Virus record (IMG/VR): IMGVR_UViG_3300047472_000309
Span: 1-64,000 of that record
Strand: one strand, 5' to 3'
Length of the DNA: 64,000 nucleotides
Below, in pieces: positions 17,515 through 27,658 of the stretch. Position 1 is the stretch's first letter, and every line of letters starts with the position of its first letter. The notes beneath the pieces are model-generated. The model had not been told where the DNA came from. It saw only the letters and a program-made list of their open reading frames with translations, and did no database searches. Position numbers and translations under genes: made by a program.

Positions 17515-18519
17515 TTAGAGGATCAGCCCCGTTTCATCCGCACGGTCGCCTGCGCCCAAAATGGACTTGTGCGCGACGCGCGATTGCTGTTCCTCGCTCA
17601 GGTGCGTGAGCACCCGTTGCACGTTGTCCACGGCTTCGTGGATCACCCGGTCGCCCGTGATGTAATGCACCGGCGATTCCTTGGCGATGTTCTCGGGCAT
17701 GTCAGCCGGGAACAGACCCAGAAAGCGCACTTCCGGCATGAACGGCAGCGTTGCATCGGCACCCGCTTTCGCCAGCGTCGCGACGCTGATGACGTTGCCC
17801 ACGTGAGCGTGCGATTCGCCGTTCTTGACGATGTGCAATCCAGCGAGCATCGGCTGCTTGAAGGTGGTGACCTTGTCGAAGCGCAACCAGTTGTAGAGGT
17901 CACGCGTGTCGAGCTCGGTGTTCTCGCGGCTAAAGAGCGCAGCGAGGCCGACCACGACGGTTTCGATTTCAGCGTCCACCGCCGCACGCGGCGTGTCTTG
18001 CGTGTTCTGCAAATACGCGATGACGATCGGTGCACCCGCGGCCTTGGCGATGGCTTCGTAGGACTTGATCGTGTTGAGCGTGTTCTCCGCGTACAGACGC
18101 GTCGACGCATCACCCACCATGACCACAACCACCGGCACATCACGTGCGAGCAGCTCTTGCGTGAGGATCGGGCCGATCACCGAACCCGAACCGCCCGAGG
18201 CCGAATGCATCACCAGCGCCAGGTTGCCCGGCTTGTACGTGTGCAAGATTTCCTTGGCACGTTCTTTCACGACGGCAGCGTGTTCGCGACGCACTTGTCC
18301 AGCGCCATCGAGGCCCTGGAAGTGGTACACCGCATCGGCTGCGATGTCGGCGCTGAGTATGTTGGACTTGGAGGTGTCGATATAAACCGGATCGACGATC
18401 GCCATGCCTGCCTGACTCTTGCCGCGGTACTTCTCAAAGCGCGTCGCAATGTTCGTGCCAGCTCCGCCCGCTGCGTAGATGCTGATACGACCTTTGACTT
18501 TCTCGATGATTTCGGACAT
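17515..18519 (-). CDS. phuZ: PhuZ tubulin-like GTPase (phage spindle)
   Basis: GGAGTNI, IDTS, GAG and SGGSGS tubulin/FtsZ signatures; acidic-hydrophobic C-terminal knuckle DETGLIL. Confidence 0.96.
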   Translation of the reverse strand: MSEIIEKVKGRISIYAAGGAGTNIATRFEKYRGKSQAGMAIVDPVYIDTSKSNILSADIAADAVYHFQGLDGAGQVRREHAAVVKERAKEILHTYKPGNLALVMHSASGGSGSVIGPILTQELLARDVPVVVVMVGDASTRLYAENTLNTIKSYEAIAKAAGAPIVIAYLQNTQDTPRAAVDAEIETVVVGLAALFSRENTELDTRDLYNWLRFDKVTTFKQPMLAGLHIVKNGESHAHVGNVISVATLAKAGADATLPFMPEVRFLGLFPADMPENIAKESPVHYITGDRVIHEAVDNVQRVLTHLSEEQQSRVAHKSILGAGDRADETGLIL

Positions 18520-18602
18520 GTTTCTTTCCTAGTTTTTCAAAATGAAGCACTCCTACATAGTAGGGGATGTGCTCGTAAAAAATGCCTGGCGAAGCAGGCA
18601 CC

Positions 18603-19013
18603 TTAAACTGCGGCCAGGTGACCGTTGATGACCGCTTCGGTGATGATGGTGGTCGACATCGGCTTGTCTTCAGCGATGAAGAACTCTTCGAACTTCGATT
18701 CGTGGAAGTGCATTTCCAACGGCACGAGTTCGGTCGAGTTACGTTCCTTGGCGTTCAGGTACTCCATCACCTTGCGCTTGGAACCGGCCCACAGGACACC
18801 TGCTTCCAACTCGCCCTTGAACGTCTTGTGAGCGCCATCAGCCATCGAAGCACGGAAGCCTTCGACGATAAAGTCACCCAGCGCGTTTTGGCTCACGCGG
18901 TACAGGATGGTAGCGCCATTGCTGGACACTTCATCCATTGCATAGTGCTTGTTCATGTACACAAGAGCAGCCAGGTTAGCTGCGTAAGCCTTGATGTTAG
19001 CAACGTTGTTCAT
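18603..19013 (-). CDS. Early hypothetical protein
   Basis: Start MNNVAN with AGGAG RBS, below an early promoter. Confidence 0.75.
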   Translation of the reverse strand: MNNVANIKAYAANLAALVYMNKHYAMDEVSSNGATILYRVSQNALGDFIVEGFRASMADGAHKTFKGELEAGVLWAGSKRKVMEYLNAKERNSTELVPLEMHFHESKFEEFFIAEDKPMSTTIITEAVINGHLAAV

Positions 19014-19079
19014 GGTAATGCTCCTGAGAATAGACGAGATAGAATAGGTTGTCGAAGCTTCTTGCTTCAACTCAAGGAC

Positions 19080-19108
19080 GTAATATAGGTCTGAAATTGT
19101 TTTCAATC
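19080..19108 (-). promoter_or_regulatory. Early promoter
   Basis: GATTGAAAACAATTTCAGACCTATATTAC on the - strand. Confidence 0.8.
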
Positions 19109-19158
19109 GACTTTTAACACGCGATCCTATGTAGATTCTTTTTTAGCGGAGGCCAAGA

Positions 19159-19962
19159 GTGAATCCTATCACCCGAGCTGTGGATGATCTGAAGTTCAGG
19201 ATTCCACGGCGTGTATTGGAAGAGGTGTTTGTCGAGCGCACGGCCCGTTGGCGTACTGCCCCGCGCTCGATCGACGAGTGTATTTTGGAACAAGTGGTGC
19301 GCCCCCGTGTGCTGGTGGACTGTAACCTGGTGGGTGGCACCGAAGCGTTTGTGTATCTGGATGATATTCCGTACGAACGCATGAACGACTACACGTCGGT
19401 GTATCGCATCCCCAAGACCAAGACGCAGGGTCGCTCGATTCTGTCGGTGCTGAACATCACATTCGCTGACCCGACGAAAGTCTCGAGCTACGGGATTGCC
19501 GCAGGCGCGCAGAACACCACGATGCTGCAAGCCGGTCAGGCTGTGATGGATGCTTACGGTGCCTTGCCCGTGACCTCCACCCATCGCGTGCAGTTGATCG
19601 GGGAAAACACCATCATGGTGCGCGATACCATCGTGCTGCCGCCGGACGTGTATCTGCGTTGTATTCTGGCTAACGACGAGAACATGTCGCATATCCAGAT
19701 GCGCAGCTATCGGCCTTTCTGTCGGCTGGTGGAACTCGCGGTGAAAGCCTACATCTACAATGACCAAGTCATCGAGATGGACATCGGCAAGATTCGTGGC
19801 GGTCAGGAAATCGGTAAGTTCAAGGAAATCGTCGAGGAGTACAAGGACGCGGAAGAACAGTATCAGGAGTTCTTGGCGACCACCTGGCAGAAGGTGGCGT
19901 ATATGAACGACAATGAGACGTTCAACCGATTTGTCAGGTCCCTGATTGGCGGCTACCGGTAA
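19159..19962 (+). CDS. Conserved phiKZ-like protein (gp42-like, tentative)
   Basis: 267 aa, GGAGG RBS, GTG start, upstream TATG. Confidence 0.75.
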   Translation: MNPITRAVDDLKFRIPRRVLEEVFVERTARWRTAPRSIDECILEQVVRPRVLVDCNLVGGTEAFVYLDDIPYERMNDYTSVYRIPKTKTQGRSILSVLNITFADPTKVSSYGIAAGAQNTTMLQAGQAVMDAYGALPVTSTHRVQLIGENTIMVRDTIVLPPDVYLRCILANDENMSHIQMRSYRPFCRLVELAVKAYIYNDQVIEMDIGKIRGGQEIGKFKEIVEEYKDAEEQYQEFLATTWQKVAYMNDNETFNRFVRSLIGGYR

Positions 19963-19964
19963 CA

Positions 19965-20002
19965 CGGTCATAGCGGGCAGCCCCAGGGCTGCCCGTATGC
20001 CG
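19965..20002. repeat. CATA-hairpin-TATGCCG intergenic palindrome
   Basis: CGGTCATAGCGGGCAGCCCCAGGGCTGCCCGTATGCCG between convergent genes. Confidence 0.75.
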
Positions 20003-20012
20003 CTGTAGCGGC

Positions 20013-20612
20013 TTATGCGGCGTTGCGCAACTGGAGCTTCACGAAGGTTCCGGCCGCGGCTTCCTGGCCCTTAGCGAAGTCTACGAGACCCTTGGTGAGT
20101 GGCATGATGGTGAGCGTGAAACCTACGCCGTTCTCGTCGACCTTGAACACACAGGTGTTGGAGAGCTGGGAGACGAGGTTACGCATTTGGCTGAAGGCCG
20201 ACGCGTAGTCGAAGTCGATCCCAGCCGCTTTCTGCCAGCGCTTGCCGAATTCCTTCTTGGCAGCTTTTTCCAGACGCGGGTAGATGGCTTTGGCGTTCAC
20301 GTAGGTGCCTGCGTCTTCACCCATCTCGATCGTGACCTTCATCACGAGCTGATCGTCAACGTTCACCCGATAGCCTTCCAGCCGTCGGTACATGCCCTGA
20401 TGGGAGCCCGCGTCGAACACGAAGTCGGTCGCCAGCGCCGGATGGGCGCCCAATTCACGCACAGTACGACGCACGAGACGCATCACCGGTTGCTCGTCAG
20501 CGCTGTAGAGCGAATTGATGTGGTTTTCGATAAACCCTTCATCTGCGTTGGTCGCTTCGAAATTCTTGAAGTCGTAGTTGGCGAAGAAGAAGGAAAGAGC
20601 TTTGTGGTTCAT
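20013..20612 (-). CDS. Hypothetical protein
   Basis: 199-aa ORF with good codon bias. Confidence 0.8.
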   Translation of the reverse strand: MNHKALSFFFANYDFKNFEATNADEGFIENHINSLYSADEQPVMRLVRRTVRELGAHPALATDFVFDAGSHQGMYRRLEGYRVNVDDQLVMKVTIEMGEDAGTYVNAKAIYPRLEKAAKKEFGKRWQKAAGIDFDYASAFSQMRNLVSQLSNTCVFKVDENGVGFTLTIMPLTKGLVDFAKGQEAAAGTFVKLQLRNAA

Positions 20613-20670
20613 GTGAATCTCAGTGGTCTGTGTGGTACTTGGGCAAACCTGGCGTCGCCCCTGGTGTTTA

Positions 20671-20937
20671 TTAAAAGAGGACTAGCAACTGGTACGCGCG
20701 ATCGAACTGTTCGATGGCAAGCGAGAAGAGGTTAATCCTTCGCAGCACAACCCCCGAGCGAAAGTAGGCCGAAGCCAGGGCGTAAGCGGAATTCATCTCA
20801 AGCAACATTTGCGTGTGCTCGCGTTCAACGCGCTTACGTTCTCGTTTTGCCGCTACGTACATGTCACTGCACCGCTGACGTTCTTCCGTCCAAAAGGCAG
20901 GCGGTTGATTCTCGCGGGTTAAGGGGATAGAGTACAT
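20671..20937 (-). CDS. Hypothetical protein
   Basis: 88-aa ORF in a same-strand series. Confidence 0.6.
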   Translation of the reverse strand: MYSIPLTRENQPPAFWTEERQRCSDMYVAAKRERKRVEREHTQMLLEMNSAYALASAYFRSGVVLRRINLFSLAIEQFDRAYQLLVLF

Positions 20938-20945
20938 CGTCGGCC

Positions 20946-21230
20946 TTACGCAGCAAGTGCAGTAGCGCTACCTTCTTCGATAGCCTTGATAAAGGCTTTC
21001 ACCTCGTTGAGCATCGTCTGGTAGGTATTCAGTTGGTGGACCGTGTCGCCACCCAACGCTTCGGGATGCTTGAGCGTTTGCTCGATCTGAGCCAGGCGCA
21101 CGAGTTGCCCGATATTGGAGGTCAGTGCCTTGCATTCCCGGATCGCTCCGTGCAAGGAAATCTTGAGCTTATTCAGGATAGCCTGAAGCTCGGCTTCGGT
21201 AAAGCGCGCGTTAGGCATGCTAGTTCTCAC
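20946..21230 (-). CDS. Hypothetical helical protein
   Basis: 94-aa ORF; start may instead be ATG 21218. Confidence 0.6.
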   Translation of the reverse strand: MRTSMPNARFTEAELQAILNKLKISLHGAIRECKALTSNIGQLVRLAQIEQTLKHPEALGGDTVHQLNTYQTMLNEVKAFIKAIEEGSATALAA

Positions 21231-21314
21231 GCGGGTAGGTTGGGAAAATAAGAAGGGTCTCTCGTCCCCCTCTCATGTAATTTAGGTATCCCGACATACC
21301 AAAAAAGCATCACG

Positions 21315-21503
21315 TCATTTTTGTTTTGCAGGGGGCACTGGAGCGTCCACTTGACCAGGCCATTTCACCACACTGAGCTCTTTATTCTCATGCCGGGGGG
21401 CTTCCGGATACAGGGCATGCAGATTGTACAGGCAGTCCTTGTTAAAGAACGCACCCAGATGCCCGTGCGGGAGTTCCACCAGTGCCACTTCCTTTTTTGC
21501 CAT
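21315..21503 (-). CDS. Small hypothetical protein
   Basis: Start MAKKEVAL, below a terminator. Confidence 0.55.
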   Translation of the reverse strand: MAKKEVALVELPHGHLGAFFNKDCLYNLHALYPEAPRHENKELSVVKWPGQVDAPVPPAKQK

Positions 21504-21525
21504 CACAAACCTAAGAGAAAAGACC

Positions 21526-21567
21526 AAAAAAAAAGACTGAAAAAGAGAGGCCCCGAAGGGCCCCCTT
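21526..21567 (-). terminator. Intrinsic terminator
   Basis: GGCCCCGAAGGGCC hairpin with A-runs on the + strand. Confidence 0.6.
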
Positions 21568-21605
21568 AAACTCACCCCTCAGGCGAGGGGCAAGGGAGTT
21601 TTCGG

Positions 21606-21800
21606 TTAGCGCGGCAGATCCGCTTCGACCTCAATCATACCGGCCAGACGATACAGGAGCGTGGCGGCATGATTGGTGGAGCTCGCCGCGGCTGAGATTT
21701 CCTGGAAGGTCGGCTTATCGTCCAATGAGGCGAGAATATGCAGCGCTTGTTCCAGGCCGCTTTTAATCTCCTTCATCATGAGCTGCTTATTACGCGCCAT
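21606..21800 (-). CDS. Small hypothetical protein
   Basis: Start MARNKQL overlapping the upstream stop. Confidence 0.6.
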   Translation of the reverse strand: MARNKQLMMKEIKSGLEQALHILASLDDKPTFQEISAAASSTNHAATLLYRLAGMIEVEADLPR

Positions 21801-22323
21801 AGCGAGCCCCGTCGATAAAAGAGACTTCGAACTGACCATCAAAGCGCATCGTTACGCGCTCGTAGATCGGATGCTCACCCTCGTGCTCCACTTCACGCGG
21901 CTTCACAAAGCGGATCTTGCACTTGACGGCCGACTCATCGTCGATCACTTTGCACTCGCGCTTGAGGAGTTCTTCGAAACCGCGCTCAAGCGCGAAAGCA
22001 TACTGAGCGTCTTCGCCCAGCTTCACCATGATGACGTTCTGCATCAGCACACGCAGATTATCGACCACGACGTTGTAGGCGCGTTTGCGGCGCAGATCTG
22101 CGGGCTTCACCCCGGCCCGATCGGCCATGATGATAAGGTCAGCCATGGCGCGCAGACTGTCGCGCACCTTACCTGCCCAGAGCGTCGTGTCCAGGTCGCC
22201 ACCGGCGAACTTGAACTTACCGACGATGCGTTGATCGAGGCTCAGGTTAGCGATCTTGCGGATCTCTTCCGTGTGCGCCTTCAGGGACGTGACGGGAATT
22301 GCTGTAGTGTTAGTTTCGGCCAT
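21790..22323 (-). CDS. Hypothetical protein
   Basis: 177 aa, AAGGAG RBS. Confidence 0.8.
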   Translation of the reverse strand: MAETNTTAIPVTSLKAHTEEIRKIANLSLDQRIVGKFKFAGGDLDTTLWAGKVRDSLRAMADLIIMADRAGVKPADLRRKRAYNVVVDNLRVLMQNVIMVKLGEDAQYAFALERGFEELLKRECKVIDDESAVKCKIRFVKPREVEHEGEHPIYERVTMRFDGQFEVSFIDGARYGA

Positions 22324-22358
22324 TTTGGTTCTCCTTAGTTTCGGTAGGGGTGAACGAC

Positions 22359-22685
22359 TTACTGCGGTACATCGAGCAGATTGACGCTTGTTTCGCCGAT
22401 CGTGATATTGAACTGGTCAAAGAGCAACCAGTGATCTTGCCACTCGAGGTTGCCCAACACCGGATGCTGCGTCGCGCCTGCTTGCGGCAGAGTGAAACCA
22501 AAGAGCTCCGACAGGAATGTCTGGTTCGGCAACGCGATGACCTTACGTTTGCTGTGAGGGCCTTCGGGCAACACGTAACGCTGCAGTGCCTTCTTCAGCT
22601 CATTAACCGTGACTTCGGCGGGTGAATGCTGCGCTTCCTGATAGCGCAAGGTGAGCAAGTGGCTCACGATAGAGGTACCGTACAT
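22359..22685 (-). CDS. Hypothetical protein
   Basis: Start MYGTSIV with AAGGAG RBS. Confidence 0.7.
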   Translation of the reverse strand: MYGTSIVSHLLTLRYQEAQHSPAEVTVNELKKALQRYVLPEGPHSKRKVIALPNQTFLSELFGFTLPQAGATQHPVLGNLEWQDHWLLFDQFNITIGETSVNLLDVPQ

Positions 22686-22695
22686 TAAGCGCTCC

Positions 22696-22884
22696 TTAAT
22701 GACCTTGAGACTGGATTTCGTTGATGCGGGCCATTTGCAGCGAGTGACCCACTTCGCAGGTGGTGGCGATAACACCAGCGAACGTCATGAAGCACAGTGC
22801 CACGAAGGCACCCATCTTCACTTTATTCACGAGCTTCTGGCTTTGGCTCAGGTAATCTTTGCTGGCGTGGTCGATCATGGTCAT
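22696..22884 (-). CDS. Small single-TM protein
   Basis: MTMIDH...MGAFVALCFMTFAGVIA; GGAG RBS. Confidence 0.6.
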   Translation of the reverse strand: MTMIDHASKDYLSQSQKLVNKVKMGAFVALCFMTFAGVIATTCEVGHSLQMARINEIQSQGH

Positions 22885-22984
22885 GCTCCAAGAGATGAAA
22901 AGAGGGATGTAAAAACTGAGATTATTTAAACGGCACACTGGCTAGGGGTTGCCCCCTAGCCGCTATGTCGTTCTGTCACTTGCC

Positions 22985-23407
22985 TTAGAACCCGAAGCGT
23001 GCACGCGGGCGAGCCGTAGCACGCACAGAGATGCGCACTTCATCCACCTGACGGCCCGGCAGCGGGCGCGACACGCGCGGCGTACCCAGCATGGATTCGA
23101 TGCTCGACTGGATGCGCACCACAGTCGTGCTGTGGGTGCCGAAGATGGACGCGCGTTCTGACGTATCAGTCGACAGATTCAGGCCCAGACCATCCAGGCC
23201 TTCGACCACCATCGTGGTGACCTTCTGACCATGGATCGAGGGCATGACTTCCGTCTTACCGAGGATCGTGCCCGGCTTAAGCGTGATGTTTTCTTCCTGC
23301 GTCCAGCTACGGCTTTCGTGACCGAGAAGCGTATCTTCTTCGATCGAGTAGCGCACCATGGCGCGCACGGTGTTGGACGAGGCGATATTGAGATTGATCG
23401 TGAACAT
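22985..23407 (-). CDS. Hypothetical beta-rich protein
   Basis: 140 aa, AAACAAGGA RBS. Confidence 0.75.
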   Translation of the reverse strand: MFTINLNIASSNTVRAMVRYSIEEDTLLGHESRSWTQEENITLKPGTILGKTEVMPSIHGQKVTTMVVEGLDGLGLNLSTDTSERASIFGTHSTTVVRIQSSIESMLGTPRVSRPLPGRQVDEVRISVRATARPRARFGF

Positions 23408-23484
23408 GGCTTTGCTTCCTTGTTTAAATGTAGGGGGTCTTCAAACGCGGGGGAGCGTCTTCTCTCCCCCGCGGGTACTACCGG

Positions 23485-23748
23485 TTACTCGCCTGCGAAG
23501 AGCGCATCAAGGGCGTCACTCGACCAGGCTTCGGTGTAGCCAAAGGACGTCTCCTCTGCCAGGCCGAACTGCGCAGGCAGATTCAACTCATGGCGCAGCG
23601 AGACTTCCTGAACCTCCTCGAACACTGACATTTCTTCGATGTCGTAGATGTCCAGGAGTTGCCTGCGCTTCGGCGTATGGTCCTTCGCTTCAGACTTGCG
23701 AAAGACATGGGCCAGATTACCGAAGCGAAAGGGCTTGTTTTGCGACAT
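23485..23748 (-). CDS. Early hypothetical acidic protein
   Basis: Start MSQNKPF with GGAG RBS. Confidence 0.7.
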   Translation of the reverse strand: MSQNKPFRFGNLAHVFRKSEAKDHTPKRRQLLDIYDIEEMSVFEEVQEVSLRHELNLPAQFGLAEETSFGYTEAWSSDALDALFAGE

Positions 23749-23823
23749 GGTTTCTCCAATTGCTTGAGAAGAGGTTGAACTACGGGAGTGGTTAGAACTG
23801 GTTACTTGCTCTAACTCAGCCGG

Positions 23824-23852
23824 AGAATATATGGTTGAAATCTTTTTCAATC
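23824..23852 (-). promoter_or_regulatory. Early promoter (TATATTCT variant)
   Basis: GATTGAAAAAGATTTCAACCATATATTCT, same spacing as the other copies. Confidence 0.7.
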
Positions 23853-23879
23853 CACGTCACTCCGGCATAAAGGCCTGGG

Positions 23880-24095
23880 TCACCCCAGGCTCCTAGCGCG
23901 CTCCATGAGTCCGCAATTACACGGAGCGTTATAGCCGTGGATGGCCGAGAAGCTATCCTCGACACAGGTAGTCTGTTTGCCATCACGCATGATCCAGACC
24001 ATACCGTCTCGGGGTTGGGTGTGTTGCTCTTCTTGTTCGATACTCTCGTGAATCGCCTTGAAGTTAGCGAGGATATGTTTAAAGCGTTGTGGCAT
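23880..24095 (-). CDS. Early small hypothetical protein
   Basis: 71 aa, below a promoter; C/H residues near the C-terminus. Confidence 0.55.
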   Translation of the reverse strand: MPQRFKHILANFKAIHESIEQEEQHTQPRDGMVWIMRDGKQTTCVEDSFSAIHGYNAPCNCGLMERARSLG

Positions 24096-24156
24096 AAGTC
24101 TCTTCGTGGGGTTGAGGAACTGAGCTGCAAGTCTTTACTTGCTTGTGCTCGACGGG

Positions 24157-24185
24157 AGAATATAGGTTTGAATATTTCTAGCATC
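24157..24185 (-). promoter_or_regulatory. Early promoter (TATATTCT variant)
   Basis: GATGCTAGAAATATTCAAACCTATATTCT on the - strand. Confidence 0.7.
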
Positions 24186-24203
24186 CACGGATCGACGGCA
24201 TAA

Positions 24204-24798
24204 ACGCCAGGCTCTCTGCCCGGCGAGGAAGATCACTTTGTAATTAAATATTCTATTCTTACAGAGTATGACTCCAGGGAGTATTCCTTTCTAGGGAATA
24301 ATAAAGAGAGGGGCTCCGCCCCTCTCTACGCTTAATTCTCTTCCTCCGCTTCGCTCCGCGTCGCCTCCGCTCCTTGACACATATCTAAGTTCCTACACAG
24401 TATTTTTTTACTTTATGCTTATAAATCAAGTACTTAGCTTCTAAACCCGATATTAACATATCGGGAGAGGGGCTTAGTCCCCCTCTCCCTTTTTTAAAAA
24501 GTTTAGACCGGGGTTTGTCAACCTAGAGAGTGAGCGCGTAGCGCTAGGGAAAGGAACAAAGGCACGAGCGCAGCGACAGAGATGTTTGGATAGGTATTGG
24601 ATGGTATTGTTGATGAATGACACCGCATGGTCGAAAACCCGCCCAGCGTTGCAAACCATTCTTAGGGGCGCGGCGGGCGGCGGCTTTTTATCGTGTTCCC
24701 CTATCTTGTTATGCACCGCGCGCAGCAGGATCTTTTATCCTGTAGATAGCAATACTGTGAATCTCCAATTCCGTTCCTACTCCCTAAGGAAAGAACCC
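24204..24798. other. AT-rich, palindrome-dense non-coding region at a strand switch (possible replication origin)
   Basis: No credible ORF; several GC hairpins within AT-rich DNA; GAGCGAAGCG and GAGCGCAGCG motifs. Confidence 0.4.
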
Positions 24799-25875
24799 AT
24801 GAGCAAGAGCATGTTCCGAATGGCGCTGGAAGGCGAGACGGTCGAGATGACCTCGCGTCCTAATGAGCCGACCATCGTGATGAGCGGTCCGCTGTCCGAG
24901 ATCTTCACCAAGGCACTGGACGTGGCCTACGCCAAAGAGCCGAGCCAAGGTGAGGGTGTAGTGGCGACCGAGTCACAAGCCCAAGACGTGACGGTCATGC
25001 AAAAGATCGTCGAATCCATTAGCAACAACCAACAGCAGTCGGTGCAGCCGGTGAGCGAAGTCAACGGCGAAATCGGCGCGCCGGGTGCGCAAGGCGCTGA
25101 CCTGCAAGTCTACGGCGTGGCCAAGGCCGACATCACTGACGCTGACGTGGTCGACGTGGCCGACGCACTGATGAATGAAGACAGCGAAAGCCGTCCGAAG
25201 GAATTCGTGGTGGTGGTCGATGGCACGCTGCCCTCGGTCAACGGTCTGGGTGGCGCACCCAAGGAAGAAGTCGAATATCTGTCCGAAGCGATGGAAGCCC
25301 TGACCAAACGGCTAGGCGGTAAATTCTATCGTTCGTTCGAAGAATTCGTCGAAGGCGTCGTGAACCCGGAAACCGATCTCGGCAACGGTGGCAACGATGG
25401 CGCGGACGGTGTGGGGACGGCCGGTGACGTGACGGCCCAACAGGGCGGTGAAGGCGTTGCAGGCGATCCGGCCACCAATCCGTGTCCGCAAGATCCGTCG
25501 ATCACCTCGCGCGTGGTCGAGATCGCGAAGATCGCTGCTGAAGAAGCCGCCGCCGCTGCGGAAGCTCCGGCCGGTGACGACACGGGTGTCGCGCCCGCGT
25601 TGGAAGAAGGCAACACCGACACGGGTCAACCTGTGGTGCAAGCGGTCTCGGCCCTGCCGAACGATCCGGGCGCTTTGAGCCCCGAAGCGCAAGCCGCGAT
25701 CGGCGCGGGTGACGACAAGGTCCCCGCTCCCAAGAAGGAAGGTGAAGTGCCGCAGAACCAGGCTAACGGTGAAGACCCGACGGTGCCCGTCGCCAATGGC
25801 GATGCAGCGCTTGAAAGCTTCCGTGTTCGTCTCGTCACGTTGGCGCCGCGCCAACGCGTGCGCGCACGTAAGTAA
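24799..25875 (+). CDS. Putative virion head protein, acidic, protease-processed
   Basis: Start MSKSMFRMALE with AAGGA RBS; ALE and ATE motifs typical of phiKZ-like prohead protease substrates. Confidence 0.7.
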   Translation: MSKSMFRMALEGETVEMTSRPNEPTIVMSGPLSEIFTKALDVAYAKEPSQGEGVVATESQAQDVTVMQKIVESISNNQQQSVQPVSEVNGEIGAPGAQGADLQVYGVAKADITDADVVDVADALMNEDSESRPKEFVVVVDGTLPSVNGLGGAPKEEVEYLSEAMEALTKRLGGKFYRSFEEFVEGVVNPETDLGNGGNDGADGVGTAGDVTAQQGGEGVAGDPATNPCPQDPSITSRVVEIAKIAAEEAAAAAEAPAGDDTGVAPALEEGNTDTGQPVVQAVSALPNDPGALSPEAQAAIGAGDDKVPAPKKEGEVPQNQANGEDPTVPVANGDAALESFRVRLVTLAPRQRVRARK

Positions 25876-25978
25876 TCTCATCCCTGGAACGGATGGTGTA
25901 AACGGCGGGGCTTCGGCCCCGCCTTTATGCCGTTGATCCTAATTCTGTGTATCGTTGCCCTATCTGAGAGGATGCTAA

Positions 25979-27220
25979 ATGGTAGACGTTTCTATCAAGG
26001 GCGTGTTTGAAAGCGAGTGTGCTCACCTTGCTTTGGACGCGCAACTGGCCAAACGCATCCATTTGTATACTGTCGGTTTCGCCCACAAAAACCAGGACCA
26101 CATCGAGTTCTTTGGCGGGAACCTGACTGGTGTGCAAGTGGTGCGCTTTACCGACGCTGATCGGGACCACTGGTTTACAGAGATTGTTCAGGCCGATGAA
26201 GGTGCCCTCGAAGCTCGCCTTCTCGCCTTGCCCACCGTGAACGAAAATTTCAACGTGTCCTCGGATACGATGAACCTCTCGTGCGCGTGGCTGCTGCACG
26301 CACTCCTGCACAGCAAGAAACTGAGCGACGCTCAGCGCCATCAGGCGATGCTGGATGTCGTGCTGGTGATGCAATACAAGTTCCTCACATCCCGTCTGTA
26401 CCGGCACTTTAAGTATCCGGCGGATCGTGCGACTGCAGAGGCTACCTACGCAGCCCTCACGTTTAAGTACGCTATCAAACAGTACGGCTCTTGGGCCGCA
26501 GTGCTCAATGCCCGCGCTGAAGAAGTGATCAGCCCGACCGGTCTTCACCGCAAAGCCATCGAACTGATGGACCCCGATAGCACCGTCATCTATTTGCTCA
26601 ATGACACGCAAGGTCGAATTCGTGACATGTTGAAAAACATTTACGACGTCTTCTTGCAAGTGCATCGGCAGGGTATCAAGATCAGCTCGACGAGTTCTCT
26701 CGTGGAACACGACGGGGTCGAGATCTTGAAGGACAAGTCGAAAAACCTCCTGGCTTACACCAGGTATATCAACTCGATCATCACCGACCGGAACTCCTTC
26801 ATTCGCGAAGAGCTGCTCACCGTTATTGAGAAGCAGATGAAGACGATGCCGCCCCGTCTTTTTCGCGAATCGCTCGAATGGATGTCGGACAATTACCGCC
26901 AGTCCGGCGCGAGTATGATCGAAGAGCTGCTCAACGAAACCCTGATCCACAGTTTTGACTACCTCGCGGAGAATCGGAACTTGGTGAGGAATTCTACGGA
27001 CTTGGCCAGCCTACTCACACGCTTGCGTGGTGTGTACATGAGTTCGCGGTCCACGGACCCTGCTCTGTTCTCGCTGCGGGAGAAAGCAGAAAAGATCGTG
27101 AAGCTCGCGACTAACAATAAGAACTCCAGTGTGATTGCGGCTGTGCGCACCGGGATACTGCTGTACTTGATCGCCCGCGCGTATTCGATGCGGTATTACT
27201 CCCAGAGCGCCGCTGCATAA
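25979..27220 (+). CDS. Conserved virion structural protein (phiKZ gp32-like, tentative)
   Basis: 413 aa, GAGGA RBS, adjacent to the terminase module. Confidence 0.7.
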   Translation: MVDVSIKGVFESECAHLALDAQLAKRIHLYTVGFAHKNQDHIEFFGGNLTGVQVVRFTDADRDHWFTEIVQADEGALEARLLALPTVNENFNVSSDTMNLSCAWLLHALLHSKKLSDAQRHQAMLDVVLVMQYKFLTSRLYRHFKYPADRATAEATYAALTFKYAIKQYGSWAAVLNARAEEVISPTGLHRKAIELMDPDSTVIYLLNDTQGRIRDMLKNIYDVFLQVHRQGIKISSTSSLVEHDGVEILKDKSKNLLAYTRYINSIITDRNSFIREELLTVIEKQMKTMPPRLFRESLEWMSDNYRQSGASMIEELLNETLIHSFDYLAENRNLVRNSTDLASLLTRLRGVYMSSRSTDPALFSLREKAEKIVKLATNNKNSSVIAAVRTGILLYLIARAYSMRYYSQSAAA

Positions 27221-27247
27221 GGCTTGGTCGCACGACCAGGTTCTACC

Positions 27248-27658
27248 ATGTCGCTTTTGAAGAGGTTAGCTACCCGAGGGTTCCTGTGGCTGGAGCACGT
27301 AAAGGGTAACAGGTCGTTCCAGCAAGAGGTCGTGATCCAAACGAATCGCCGCAATACGCTTCGGGTGATTCATCATTCGGGTTACGACATCACCATCTAC
27401 TGTCAGCGCTTGCAGTTCGAGACGGGCTACTCGCTCTGGCAATGGCCGAAGAAGAAACACCTGGCTTACCAGTTGTTTTCCACGACGACCAATGATGCAC
27501 CGGAATTGATTCGTCGGGCCTGTGACTTAGCCGTTACCTTGCCTGCCCTGTGTCCCGGTTATGTAGAAGACGAAGTGCAAAAGCTCTACGCCATTGATGC
27601 GTACGTGGATTTGATCACGGACAAATTAAGAGCGCTCAAGCAAAGCAGCTTCATCTAG
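27248..27658 (+). CDS. Hypothetical protein
   Basis: Start MSLLKR; followed by a hairpin-TATGCCG element. Confidence 0.65.
   Translation: MSLLKRLATRGFLWLEHVKGNRSFQQEVVIQTNRRNTLRVIHHSGYDITIYCQRLQFETGYSLWQWPKKKHLAYQLFSTTTNDAPELIRRACDLAVTLPALCPGYVEDEVQKLYAIDAYVDLITDKLRALKQSSFI

Noticed and set aside
24586-24798. 5' extension of the 24799 gene, and ORF 24474-24716
   Set aside because: Lies in a palindromic non-coding region; a clear RBS precedes ATG 24799
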